Assembly: GCA_026770705.1 (NCBI GenBank)
Contig: JANJGN010000105.1
Coordinates: 248,001 to 312,000, forward strand
Length of the DNA: 64,000 nt
DNA from: Isurus oxyrinchus
Lineage: Eukaryota
Direction of reading: 5' to 3'
Of this stretch, positions 52,031-63,119 are shown one piece after another. The number at the start of each line of letters is the position of its first letter. Positions within the stretch are counted from its first letter, which is position 1. The translations under genes and the position numbers were made by a program. The notes under the pieces were generated by a model that did no database searches, was not told the origin of the DNA, and was given only the letters and a program-made list of their open reading frames with translations.

Positions 52031-54829
52031 ACGCTTTGCTTGATTATATTTTCTCCAGACGATTATGAAGTGACATTTAAACAATTTCTAAAGCATTATT
52101 GGACTGTAATATTGGCTTCTTTTAGAGGCTGGGTCTTTATTTTATATCTTTGTTATTGTTGAGTATGACCATGTCTTATTGTGGAAGTAGCAAAATATTT
52201 TGCAAACATTCCTTCGAACTCTTGGCTCAGTTTGAAAAATAAAGCACTTTTATCTTTAACAAATAATACAAGAAAATTGTCGAGTTTGACGTATACAAGC
52301 ACGTCCAAACGGACACGTCAAAGAAACAATTGTGAACAGTTATTTTTTTAAACAGTTTTCTGGCCATTTATACACTCTACGATGCTTGGCATGACCCGAA
52401 GCTTAGTTAATAATCTAGCTTTTCCCTTTCAAATACGCTCAACTTCAGTGTGGTCTTCCCTATGTTACAGTCAGAGAAAGTAAAGAACAAATCTTCCAAC
52501 CTAGTCTCAAAATTTTCCTTAAGTACTTCCCTCACCCCTTTTATTTGACTTCTTCCATCCCCTATTCCTCTGGATCCTTCTGCTGCCTCATCGGAGACAG
52601 CAGCTCAATCCTGGTCAGCAGCTCCGCGATGCAGAACATCAGACAGAACTTTCGGGTCACGACAGCTGGATCTGCCGGGGGTGCCGAGTGCTCGGCAGCA
52701 ATAAGGTCACTTATGTCCAGATCGCTCATAGGGAAATGAATAATAGTGGACAAAGCCAGATTTTAACTTGCTGAGGAAGTGAGAACGGTCAATGGTCAGA
52801 ATGACAGCAATGGTCAGAAAAGACTGAAAATTAGTGGCGGGAAGCTAAAAGATATGGGAATACTTTATGACAAGAATTGGAGTGACTATACCTATTGACA
52901 TGCAGGTGTTTCTAGACCATTTTCAAACGTGTGTAATTCTCAAACTTCAAGCGGGTGCAAACACTCTGTCCTCTTTAAACTAAGTTGAAGAAAACATATC
53001 TCTATATCTGGGGATGGGACTGAGAAAGACTACAAACAAATAATGCTTCATTTAAACAAGAACAGCAGATGAAGAGACTGCCACAGTTGATATAAAAACA
53101 TGAGCATCATTTTTTGGCGAAAAATCAGTGCAGATGTCTCAAGCCAGTTCCTATCTCCTCTCACCCGCCTCCCCCACTAAAAACAAATTCATACCGGTGT
53201 TGCTTCCCTCCTCCCACCCTCTAACGCCATTCTGTCCTGGCTTCCCCTACCCAGTCTCGGTGCTGGCCTGACTCCCCCCTACCCTTCCGTAATATCACAA
53301 TAATTGTTTGTATTCGCCACTCCTCCCTCTCTTGGGATCCACATCGTTCTGGCCTCGCACTTCACCCACAGCCAATTTAAAACTTTGTGGCCTCTCCCGG
53401 CTCGGGACTGAGGCTGCAATCTCTTGCATTCTCGGTCCCACTCACTGCTGATCCACATGGAGCTGTTTCAATTACCGATAACAAAGAGAGAAGGGGCACC
53501 GACCAGCACAGAATGTGGAAATGCTCCTGGGAGCAGCAGGCTCTGGGGGAGTGGCCTCTGCACCACACAAAGGGTTTTTAATGTTCACTCCTTTGTCTGG
53601 CTGGGAGGAGCAGAGGCCAATCCTATAATGCTGAATGTTCCAGGAACAGGCTGCATTTCCACTTCCTGTCCCGGAGCAGGAGGGGATTAGACGATGGTTG
53701 GAAAACAAAGAATGAGCAGGGTTATGGGGAGAAGGTAGCAGAATGACACCAGGTGAAATGTTCATGTTTTAAAATTCTGTATTAATTGTTGTTTGTTCTG
53801 CTATCGTTTTCAAACTTTACCGGGCGGGAATAACTCCCTGTTCACAACATGCTGTAAGTGACAACTGAGTCTTGTACATTTGGAGAGGTGGGGAGCAAAG
53901 TGAGTATGATACAAATGTAGGTCGTAAAATAAGGTGTGAAGGGGACGTAATGATATAGATAGGTTATGTGATTAGACAAACACCTGGCAAATGGGGTATA
54001 CAGTAGTAAAACGTGAGGTTGCCCATTTTGGCAGGATGAACAAAAAAGAGGCAGATAATCCAAACACTGAGAGATGGCAGAACCATGAGTTCAGAGGCAT
54101 CTGGTTGTCCTAGTGCATGAATTATTTTTGTTTAGTTCTGCTGCAAAACTCTCGAATACCATTGAAATTCGAATGGTCCTGAGTCTCAGGCCAAATTCTT
54201 CCTTTCTCTGAGGCCAGAATGGTTGCTTTGCAAAAGGCCTCATTCTCTAAAAAAAAAGCCTCCGTTTCGAATTAAACATTTTTTTTTATTGATGCACCGA
54301 TCGTGCTGTCTCGCCCATTCGCTGACATGTTCTCTACCTTTCTTTTGAAATCTTAAAATCAGTTCAATCTTTCCGTTTAATTCTCACTTCAAAGCTGAGT
54401 AAGGCAGCAGGGTGATCTGTGACAGGGAAATCATTTCGTTTTACGCAAGAGGGACTCAGAAATCATGCGATGAGAGCGGACTCAGAAACAGAGGAGAATT
54501 ATTCTAACCCACCAGCCCCTTTCACACTCTTTCTGACACAATGTTGAAGTCTGCACATTCACAGGACAAATTGTTCCCAGATTGACAGATCCCATGTTAG
54601 GCTTCCCCCTCCACACGGCCTGTTCTGTGGATTCTCAGGGGTTAGCTGTAGTTTCCCAGCTCTGCTCACAGTGCCTGTTCTCCAGGTTCAGGGCTGAAAC
54701 TAATCGCACCTCTGTTTGGATTATCACAGACCGAATTTTATGTTATTAAATTGTTCACAAGCAAAGATATATTTGATTAACATGAAAAACAAAATGTATG
54801 TTCTGGCCCTCCCTTAAGCTTATCCCACC

Positions 54830-56100
54830 TTGTTTTGCAGTACAAGTTATAAAAGAGAGAGGGCGGAGTGATAGACAGAAACACGGTAAGTTCAGGCAGT
54901 GAGACACAGACGGTCAAACAAAGTAACTGTTCCAGGAAACATTGTGCAGTCTAGTTTAACATAGAAAGCTTCAACTGGAGAGGTAGAAGATTTAGTCTCA
55001 TCTGTCACTTATACTGTACCAGAAACAAAGACAGTATTAATCTCACACTCGGGGTAGTGCCAGCGAGTGAACCAAAGTCGTATATTTAACACTCGCTTCC
55101 ATGCTGAAATCTCTGCCGTCTTGCATGTCAGGGTCGCTAGGTGTTGCTCTCAGTAACCGAGTGTTTCCCTCCGGCTAAATGAATCTGGGAGTCCCACTGT
55201 CAGATATTAACTATTGCTCGAACCCAGCAAACTTATTAACTCCATCACTCATCCCATATTTCTGCAGGTATGCTCTGTGAAGATGAGCTGGTGAACACCA
55301 AATCCCTGCAGGGAATAATCCCAAATTGAGCTTCTTAAATGGACAATCTCCCAATTTTCATTGTTCTCTGACCTTTTCCATATCTCTAGTTCTTTTGTTT
55401 ATGTATTGGTCAATGTGAATTATAAAATATGTTGATTTTAGTTACTGATTTAATGCGGAAATCCACACATGAGGTATTTAGTCCCAAATCAAACGCCAAT
55501 TGCTTGTGAGTCAGAGACTGATGAATACAGAATCAATCCCACACTCACGGATAGTGACAGAGATTGATATTGATAGAATCAATTCCACAATCATAGACAG
55601 TACCAGAGACTGATATATATAGGATCAATTCCAAAATGGCAGATAGTACGAGAGACTGTTATTGATAGAATCAATCTGCACTTACATGAATAGTAAAACA
55701 TTGCAGGGTTATGGGGAGTGGCAGGGCGTGAATTGTTTCTTTAGAGGGCCAGCATGGATTGGACAGCCGAATAGCCCCTTTCTTTCACGTAGCCATTCTA
55801 TGATTCTAATGGAAAATTCTTGAAGAACTGAGTAGCTCTGGTAGTTTCGAAGCTTCGATAGCGAGTCTATTTATTAAAACTTCTGTCAACCACACGTCCT
55901 GTCTCCACAGATACTGCCGGACCTGCTGAGTGTGTCCAGCATCTTCTGTTATTATTTCAGAATACCAGAGTGAGCAGTATCTCACTTTTTGAACAATAAA
56001 ACAATCTCTGTGCTGGAATCGATATTCAAATAAGAAATGGGAAGCGGCAGAGTGAAAAGAGAATCGGTGAATTTTATTAAATCCGAATAATTCTGTCCTG
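54830..56100 (+). repeat. Segmental duplication paralogous to ~27930-29690; contains about 4 units of the 46-bp minisatellite (55510-55680)
   Basis: Colinear, e.g. gagagagggcggagtga..gcagtgagacac, aaatccctgcagggaataatcccaaatt, cttacatgaat..aaaacattgcagggtt. Confidence 0.88.
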
Positions 56101-56288
56101 GCTACAGCTCGGGGAAAACCTTCATTATCAGCAACAAAGAACAAATCTGAGTTATGTGTTAAATGGAACATAACTAGAGATTGGAAATCATTTTCTTTGC
56201 ATTAAACCCGGCCGTGTTTTCAGAGAAAAATCTCACTGCAGCTAATCAAACCCAGCACTGAGCTTGAGATTTCAATTTGATAGGTTTT

Positions 56289-56427
56289 GAAACCAAGTAA
56301 CTGCGATGGCTGGGAATTAAACCCGAAACCAAGTCACTGCGATGGCTGAGAACTAAACCCGAGTCAATTGCTTGGTAACCAGCCATTGCTTGGTAACCAG
56401 CTATACTCACCACAATAACACATTTGC
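56289..56427 (-). pseudogene. tRNA-Gly relic with two internal tandem duplications (36 bp and 18 bp)
   Basis: gaaaccaagt.actgcgatggctg.gaa.taaaccc x2 (56289-56360); attgcttggtaaccagc. x2 (56367-56402); same position in the module as the Gly copy at 44516. Confidence 0.65.
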
Positions 56428-56689
56428 TTTGCACCACAATGCAACTATAGCAAAATGCCTCCAGTTTCTTCACAAGCACATTATCATTATAAGTAAAAGA
56501 AAGTTGATGCTGAACCACAGAAAGAAATATTCGGTCAGATGGCAAAAGCTTGGTGAAAGATGTTTTAAATAACATCTTATAGAGCAGAGGGTGCTAGTGA
56601 AGTGGAGATATTTAGGGAGGAGAAGCAGAGTTTTGGACTAGGTCAGCTGAAAGCATGGTTGTCAATGCTGTAGAGATTAAAATCCGATC

Positions 56690-57620
56690 ACTAGTTGCCC
56701 TTGACAAGGTGGTGGTGAGCTGCCTCGTTCATTCCACGTGGCGCAGGTACACACACAGTGCGCTTAGATGTGGGGTGGAGGGATTTTTTAGGGTGTTCAT
56801 CCAGGGGCAGTGAAAGAATGGCGAAGTATTTCCAAGTCAAAATGGTGTGAGGGTTGGAGGGGTACTTCCAAGCAGCGGTGCTCCCGTGCAAATGCTGCTT
56901 CTGTGCTTCGAGGTGGTAGCTTTCATGTGTTTGGAACTTGCTGTCCAAGGAGCCTTGGTGAGATCGTAAAGTGCATCTTCTGGATGATGGACACTGCTGG
57001 TACTGTACGCTAATGTTGGCAGGATGTTGGGTGGATGGGGTGCCAACCCAAGTGTGTAACCTTGCCCTTGATCATCTGAAGCCTCTGGAGGGTCGTTGTG
57101 GCACTCATCAAGGCCAGGAGAGTATTGCATCACAATATTGACTTGTGCCATATAGCTGGTGGCCAGACTTTGGGGATTCATCAGATGCGTTAATCACCTC
57201 AGGGTTCCTCACCTCTGACCTGGTCTGGCAGCCACTGCATTTATATATCTAGCCCAGTTCAGTTTCTGGTTAATAGTATCCCAGGATTTTGATAGTGAGG
57301 GATTCAGTAATGACAATGCCATTGGACTAAATGAGCAAGGTCTAGATTCTCTGTTGTTGGAGATGGTCATTGCCTGACGCTTGTGTAGCAGGAATGCAAC
57401 TTGCCACTTGTCAACCCAAGCCTGGATATTGTCCAGGTGTTGATGCATTTGGACGTGGAATACTTCAGTATGTGAGGATTCTCCACTGTGCTTATCATTG
57501 TGCCATCATCATTGAACATCGCACTTCTGACATTATGATGGACAGAAAGTTATTTGTGAAGCTGCTGAAGCTGCTTAGGCCGAGGACACTAACCTGAGAA
57601 ACTCCAGCGTCATGTGGTAA
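56690..57620 (-). mobile_element. CR1-clade LINE fragment (same family as 7150-8140)
   Basis: ORF 57209-57448 MHQHLDNIQAWVDKWQVAF...INQKLNWARYINAVAARPGQR. Confidence 0.88.
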
Positions 57621-57639
57621 GGGCTGATGGAGCGGTGCA

Positions 57640-58690
57640 ATCTCAGGGGGTCAGGAATGGCGAACGTTGCATTGTCCAAGGGTGCCACTGATCGAGTGCT
57701 GCACTGTCAGAGGTTTAGACATGAGGGAGCTCTCCTTTGTCAGAGGATCATGAATCCCAGAGTGCTGCACTGTCAAAGGGTCAGGGCTGAGGGGACACTG
57801 CACTGTCAAAGATACAGGGCTGAGGGAGGGCTGCATTGTCAGGGGTTATGGCTGAGGGAGAGCTGTATTGTCGGTGGATCAGCACGGAGGGAGCACTTCA
57901 TTGTCAGAGGGTGCAGATTGTGGGAGCGCTGAACCGTCATATAGTGGTAGCTCTGCAGTGTTAGAGTGGTAGGATGAAGGATAACTGCACTGCCGAGCAT
58001 CAGGACTGAAGGAGCACTTCAATCTCAAAGCTTCAGTGCTTACAATGCGTTGCACTGTCAGACGGTTTGGGCTGAGAGAATGTTGCACACATAGAGGGTT
58101 AGGATTGAGAGAGTGCTGCACTGTAATAGGGTCAGGACTGAGGGAGAGCTGTACTGTCGGAAGATGAGGTCTGAGGCTGTTGCACTATCAGAGTCGAAAG
58201 AATAAAGGAGAGTTGTCAGTCAGTGGGTAAGCACGCAGAGAGCGCTGCACTGTCAGAGGGTCAGGACTGATAGGCACTGCACTGTCAGAGGGTCAGGAAT
58301 GATTGAGCGCTGCACTGTCAAAGGGTCAGGACATATCGAGCGCTGCACTGTCAGAGGGTCACGGCTGATGGAGTGCTGCATTGTCAGAGGGTAAGGGATA
58401 AGGGAGCAAAATGCTTTCAGATGTTCAAAACAGAGGGAGAGCAGCACTCTCATTGGGTCAGAAATGAGGGACCGCTGCGCTTTCAAAGCATCAGGAAAAC
58501 TGAAGCGCTGCACAGTCAGTGGGTCAGGAATGAGAGAGCGCTTTTCTGTCAGAGTTTCGGGAACGATGGAGCACCGCACAGTCAGAGGGTCAGGAATGAG
58601 GGAGCGCTTCACTGTCTGAGTTTTGGGAATGAGGGAGATGCGCATAGTCAGTGGGGAAGGACTGTGAGGGCTGCACTGTCAGAGGGGAGC
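57640..58690. repeat. 33-bp minisatellite, about 30 diverged units
   Basis: Unit ctgcactgtcagagggtcaggaatgagggagcg; ctgcac at 58277, 58310, 58343; produces 11-aa repeat pseudo-ORFs. Confidence 0.92.
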
Positions 58691-60006
58691 TGAGCCCTGG
58701 ACTAAGCTCTCAAACCGACCCTGTTCAACTCTGTTATAATCCCATTCCGAATTGGAACACTGCCAGCATTTTTTGGTAATAAGAGGATTAGCCAGTGGAC
58801 ATTTCAGAAACTAGATTCAGACAGAGAGAGAGTGAGACAGAGAGAGAGAAGTTGCGAGGGAGAGGGAAGTGCCTAAATTGAGCAATTGGAAGGAAGTAGA
58901 AAGCTTTGCTGAAGTGCAAGTAGACTATGTCAAATGCGTTGCTCTCATCTACAGACGTCAACAGGAGGGATACTCGCAGAGAGTGAGCCAATGGAAGGAC
59001 ATGATTACATGGTCAATTGATAGCGGAACTGTTCTGTTGAAGCGGATGGGCAAGGAACTAGACTTTGCTGTAAGAAATTTGAAACTTTCGGTGACAGAGT
59101 CACGGCTCCCCTACCAATGCGGCAGACAGTATTCTCTCGATTCATCCTTGTGATGAAATATGTGCTTTCAATGCTTGCTTTATTTTTTGAGGCAGATCCA
59201 AATTGAAAATGGAAACAAGTGAAGGAAATTAACCCTCCCAGTTTCTAAGGAGGCAAAAGCTCAATCTGAAATGATCCCGGATAATTACCTAATGCTCTGT
59301 ACCAGCCAGTTTATGGACATAACAAGGCTGCATTTTTCCAACTGTGGTGACCGAAATGTTGAATATTTGTTGGGCTGGAGGACGTTCCAGAGAAAGGGAG
59401 GGGCGAGGTCATCGAGTGAATTGAATGTAAGGATGAAAATTCTTAAGTTGAGGTACTTGACATGCCAGGAGCCAGTGTTGGTCATCAAACACCGTGTGAT
59501 TGGGGAACTGAACTATCTTCAGGTGAAGTTTCGGGCAGCAGAATTTTTGTTGAGAACAGGAATATGTAGGGTGGAAAATGGGAGACCGGCCAGGGGAACC
59601 CTGGAATAGCCAAGCCTAGAATGAACAAAGAGGTAGATGAGGGATTCAGCAGCAGATGAGCTGAGGGAGGGTCGGAGTTGGACAATGTTTCAGATGTGGA
59701 ATAACAGTGCATTCAGCTGATAACATTCTGTCATCTTATCCAATATCATATAGTTTAGTCAAGGATATTGGGGGTGAAATGCATACAGTGGTAGCCATTA
59801 TTGTCTAATATATCTTTGAAAAATGACTCTATCCAATTTAGTTCTGTTGGAGAGTCATATTCTACTCAAAGCATGAACTCTGTTTTTTCTTTCCACAGAT
59901 ACGGTCAGAAGAGTTTGCAGCATTTTCTGGTTTTCAGCAGAATCAGCAGTGTTTTTTTTTAAATATTACTTTCAATTTTGTGGCTCTTTTAATTATAGCA
60001 AATCTT

Positions 60007-60078
60007 GCCCCTTTCCGGAATTGAACTTCCGTCTTCGGTCTGATAGGCGGGGAATACTAACCACTCTACCATCGAGGA
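60007..60078 (-). pseudogene. tRNA-Asp(GTC)-derived pseudogene
   Basis: Reverse complement TCCTCGATGGTAGAGTGGTTAGTATTCCCCGCCTATCAGACCGAAGACGGAAGTTCAATTCCGGAAAGGGG. Confidence 0.7.
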
Positions 60079-60630
60079 CGACCTTGACGCTGTGACCCGT
60101 ATGATTGTGGTATAATTCAATTTCTATAATTCAACAAATCTGTCAATATGTTCTTTAATATGCATCATAAATTCCAGAAAGGACTTTCAGTCCCCTTAGA
60201 GAGTATATCCGTCTAGTAAATTCCTGGTAGGATTGGGCTACCCTCTCATTTCCATACGGATCATTTACTGCCTGAAGTGAAATCTCCGTTTGGTATTTCC
60301 AACATTCCTCATTGATTTAATGGTCAATTTCCTTATTTATTACGCGTGTCACCGGGGTTCATTTTCCTGATGAGCAACAATTTCATTCAAAATAAAAAAA
60401 TAGACTACATAGAATTGGATGTGGAGTTTAGAATTGGAAATTGTTTGACATGTGGGAGACAGTGAGTACAGATAAAGATTATAAGTCAGGAACAGCATTT
60501 TTGTTTCCGAGATCCTTGGTGCTGTGTGCATTGCACATTTGTTGCTAATGGTTGAATAAAAAACAAGTACCAACAGGGAACGGTTCACTATCAAAATCCA
60601 GAGTGACACTGTGTACTTAGGTCGCAGTCA

Positions 60631-60702
60631 GCGATGGTAGTGGAGTGGTGTGCTTGGCTGTTTCCCCAGCAGTTAACCTGCATTCGCTTCCCGCCCATCG
60701 CA
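60631..60702 (+). pseudogene. tRNA-Gly pseudogene with intact acceptor stem
   Basis: GCGATGGTAGTGGAGTGGTGTGCTTGGCTGTTTCCCCAGCAGTTAACCTGCATTCGCTTCCCGCCCATCGCA; GCGATGG pairs with CCATCGC. Confidence 0.75.
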
Positions 60703-61019
60703 ATCTTTCACCTTCAAAGCCGTCAGCAGTTGTTGGGCATGTAAGAGTTATACAACGCAGAAACAGGCCCTTTGTGTCTTTGCAGGCCATTAAGAACTGA
60801 TCAATTCTAATCCCATGTTCTAGCACATGGCACGGTAAATTAAACCGGTGTGCTATGGCGTTTCAAGTGCTCATCTTAATTTCACTTTACTTTCAAAGGT
60901 ACACGGGTGTATTTCAAATAAAAATACGCTCCAGCTTTATTTAAATTTTTACTCACGTTTGAACCTCATTGGTTTATAACTATGATTTTCCGTGAAATCG
61001 GAATGGAATTACTGGGTTT

Positions 61020-61200
61020 AAAAAAAATGCTGGAAAAACTAAGCAGCTTTGGCAGCTTCTGTGGAGAAAAAAACAAACACAGATAAAGTTTCGAGCCCAG
61101 TATGACTCTTCTTCGGACCCAGGGAGAGATAGAAATGTGATGGGCTTTATGTTGTTGACTAAAGTGGAGAGGAGCAGGTGGTGCAGAATAGATATGGTTT
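61020..61200 (-). mobile_element. Penelope-like end with hammerhead-like core (61084-61116)
   Basis: Reverse complement CCGAAGA-AGAGTC-ATACTG-GGCTC-GAAACTTTA, followed by the family tail ctccacagaagctgcc..tttttccagcatttt. Confidence 0.6.
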
Positions 61201-61479
61201 CGATTGTCTGTTAAGGCACTTCCAGGTTGCCCAGTTGCAATTAGTTCTTGGGGGTGGGTGGGGGTGGGGGGGAGAGGGGGTGGTGGGGTGGGTTGGGGGA
61301 GGGTGGGTGGGTGGAGGGGTGTTGTGGGTGATTGGGGCAAGCATTCATCTGGTAAAATTTCCATCGCTGGGAGTTGTTTCAGACTGGCGAGCTGGTCTTT
61401 CCACAAGGTGATGCGGGCTTCCGATGGGGTTGATTGTAATGTTTATGAAGCTATTCCTTGACTTGAGGTGGCTGGGTGT

Positions 61480-63050
61480 AGGTGTATGACCATGTAGAGT
61501 GTGCTTCTCATCTGATATTTAACGCAGTCGCTCTTTCTTGCTGGCCACCATTCTTCTTATATCATGGGGAGGGATACTCGCCAGGATTTATGGGCTGTTG
61601 GGGTTTGTCGGTTTTAAAAAACCTGTGATAAGTTGGCAGCTTGCATTCAGAACGGGATCCAACTTCTTAACATGAGTAGATCTTTCCCATAGAGGCCAGG
61701 TTCATTCGGCAGTGGAATAACAAAGAGCAAGTGTCCTCACTTTTGCCTTTGTCTTTTTGATATGGTTCTTGAAGGTGTGGCATCTGTCAAGGGTTACTCC
61801 TAAGTAGATAGGGTGCTCGCAATGCGTCAGTGTTGCTCCACACCAGGTTACTTTAAGCTGGCGTTTGGCTTCATGGTTCCAGAAGTGGAATGCACAAACT
61901 TGCATTTTTGATGGGTTTACACGGAGGTAGTTTTCTTCATAGTAGGATGTCATTCCTTTCAAGGCCTCAGAAAGCGTTTTCTCCGTGGTGTTAAAATCAG
62001 TGCTTTGGGCAGGTACACATAAGTCATTAACATATATAAAACGACGTGTGGCACCGTCTATAGGTTGGTCATTCGAGAAGATGTTGTATAGCAGTGGTGC
62101 AAACACACTTCCCTGAAGAAGACCACTCTTCTGAATACATCACCTGCTGCGCTTCCCACTCAGTTCAATATAGAACGGGCCATTCTGATGCATGCTTTCT
62201 AATAGCTCTGTTAAGTGAATATATTTTTGTCATCAAAAGGATCTTGCAGAAGAGCCGTCTATGTTTCACTGTATTGTATGCTGCTGACAGCACCTGTTAC
62301 CATCCCTTGCTCAAAACCATCTTCGATATGTTGTGTAAGGTTGAGCAGTTGGCTTGTTGTTGATTGGCCGACGCAGAAACCTGTTTGCTCTGGAATGATC
62401 TTCCCATCTGAAGGTGTTGCTATCCTATTGAGTATCAGGCATTAAAATAGCTTATTGGTTTGGCAAAGCAGTGAAATAGACCGAAAACCGTTAAGATCTG
62501 AGGTATCATTTCCGGCCTTTAATATGGCTATTAGATGTGCCTTCTGCCAAATAATAGGCAGCTTGTGAATTGCCAGACAGTAGCTGAACAATTGTTGGAA
62601 CGATTTATTTGCTTGCTGTCCAAAATGCTTTATCTGCTCCTTTCCTATGTTGTCAGGACCAATTGCTTTCCTGTGTTTTAGACTAGATATACCAGTTCCC
62701 AGCTCTTCCATGGTGAATGGTCCAGTGAGGCCAGGTTCATCACTGTACATCTTCCTATCTAATTGTGCTTTTGATTGTTTCTTGTCGATTTTTCTATATA
62801 GGAGCAACTGGCTTGCAACTTGGTTAGCAGACAAATTTGGATGTTGGGCAGCTTTCTTAGGATCGCTTCCAAGTTTGTGTATGACAGACCATGCCTTCAT
62901 GGTATTTTTTGTATGACCTGTTGTCCCTATCAAGGTGTCCTAAGTGTTTTTGACGCTCTTGAGAGATACTTAACAACACCCTCTCAACGGTAGATATTGT
63001 TTACTCTGAGGAGGGGTCAGATTCAAACATTGAAACATACTCTCATAGAG
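61480..63050 (-). mobile_element. RTE/RTE-X-like LINE RT region (decayed)
   Basis: ORFs 62442-62933 (PFTMEEL..ISSLK.RKAIGPDNI..EQIKH..W.KA..IAILKAGND....FRSISLL) and 61702-62106 (APLLYNIFSNDQP...FIYVNDLC...YLGVTLDR). Confidence 0.88.
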
Positions 63051-63119
63051 GAACAGGGGGACACAGTAATCGACATCAGTGAGGAGGGCTGTGAAATTTT
63101 CTATGAAATTAACAAATAG

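Larger units (their letters stand above)
49500..52729 (-). pseudogene. Coiled-coil/CxxC/BEN-like gene relic, copy 3 (exon 1 52729-52498; exon 2 from 51402, disrupted by Penelope; exon 3 from 49798)
   Basis: MSDLDISDLIAAEHSAPPADPAVVTRKFCLMFCIAELLTRIELLS..; TTGCAG|ELRKELKIAQHTVDVQL..; EMEVLTQENGVLRAEKKRLE; TTGCAG|AFGFLR*PEKVTCDFPLPIEAVNHGELHFMRSIVALF.. The exon-1 donor is mutated to GG. Confidence 0.55.

Noticed and set aside
57627-58693. Several Cys/His-rich or Pro-rich repeat ORFs
   Set aside because: By-products of the 33-bp minisatellite.
60966-61461. Pro-rich and Gly-rich ORFs
   Set aside because: Translations of the G-run low-complexity tract and Penelope end.
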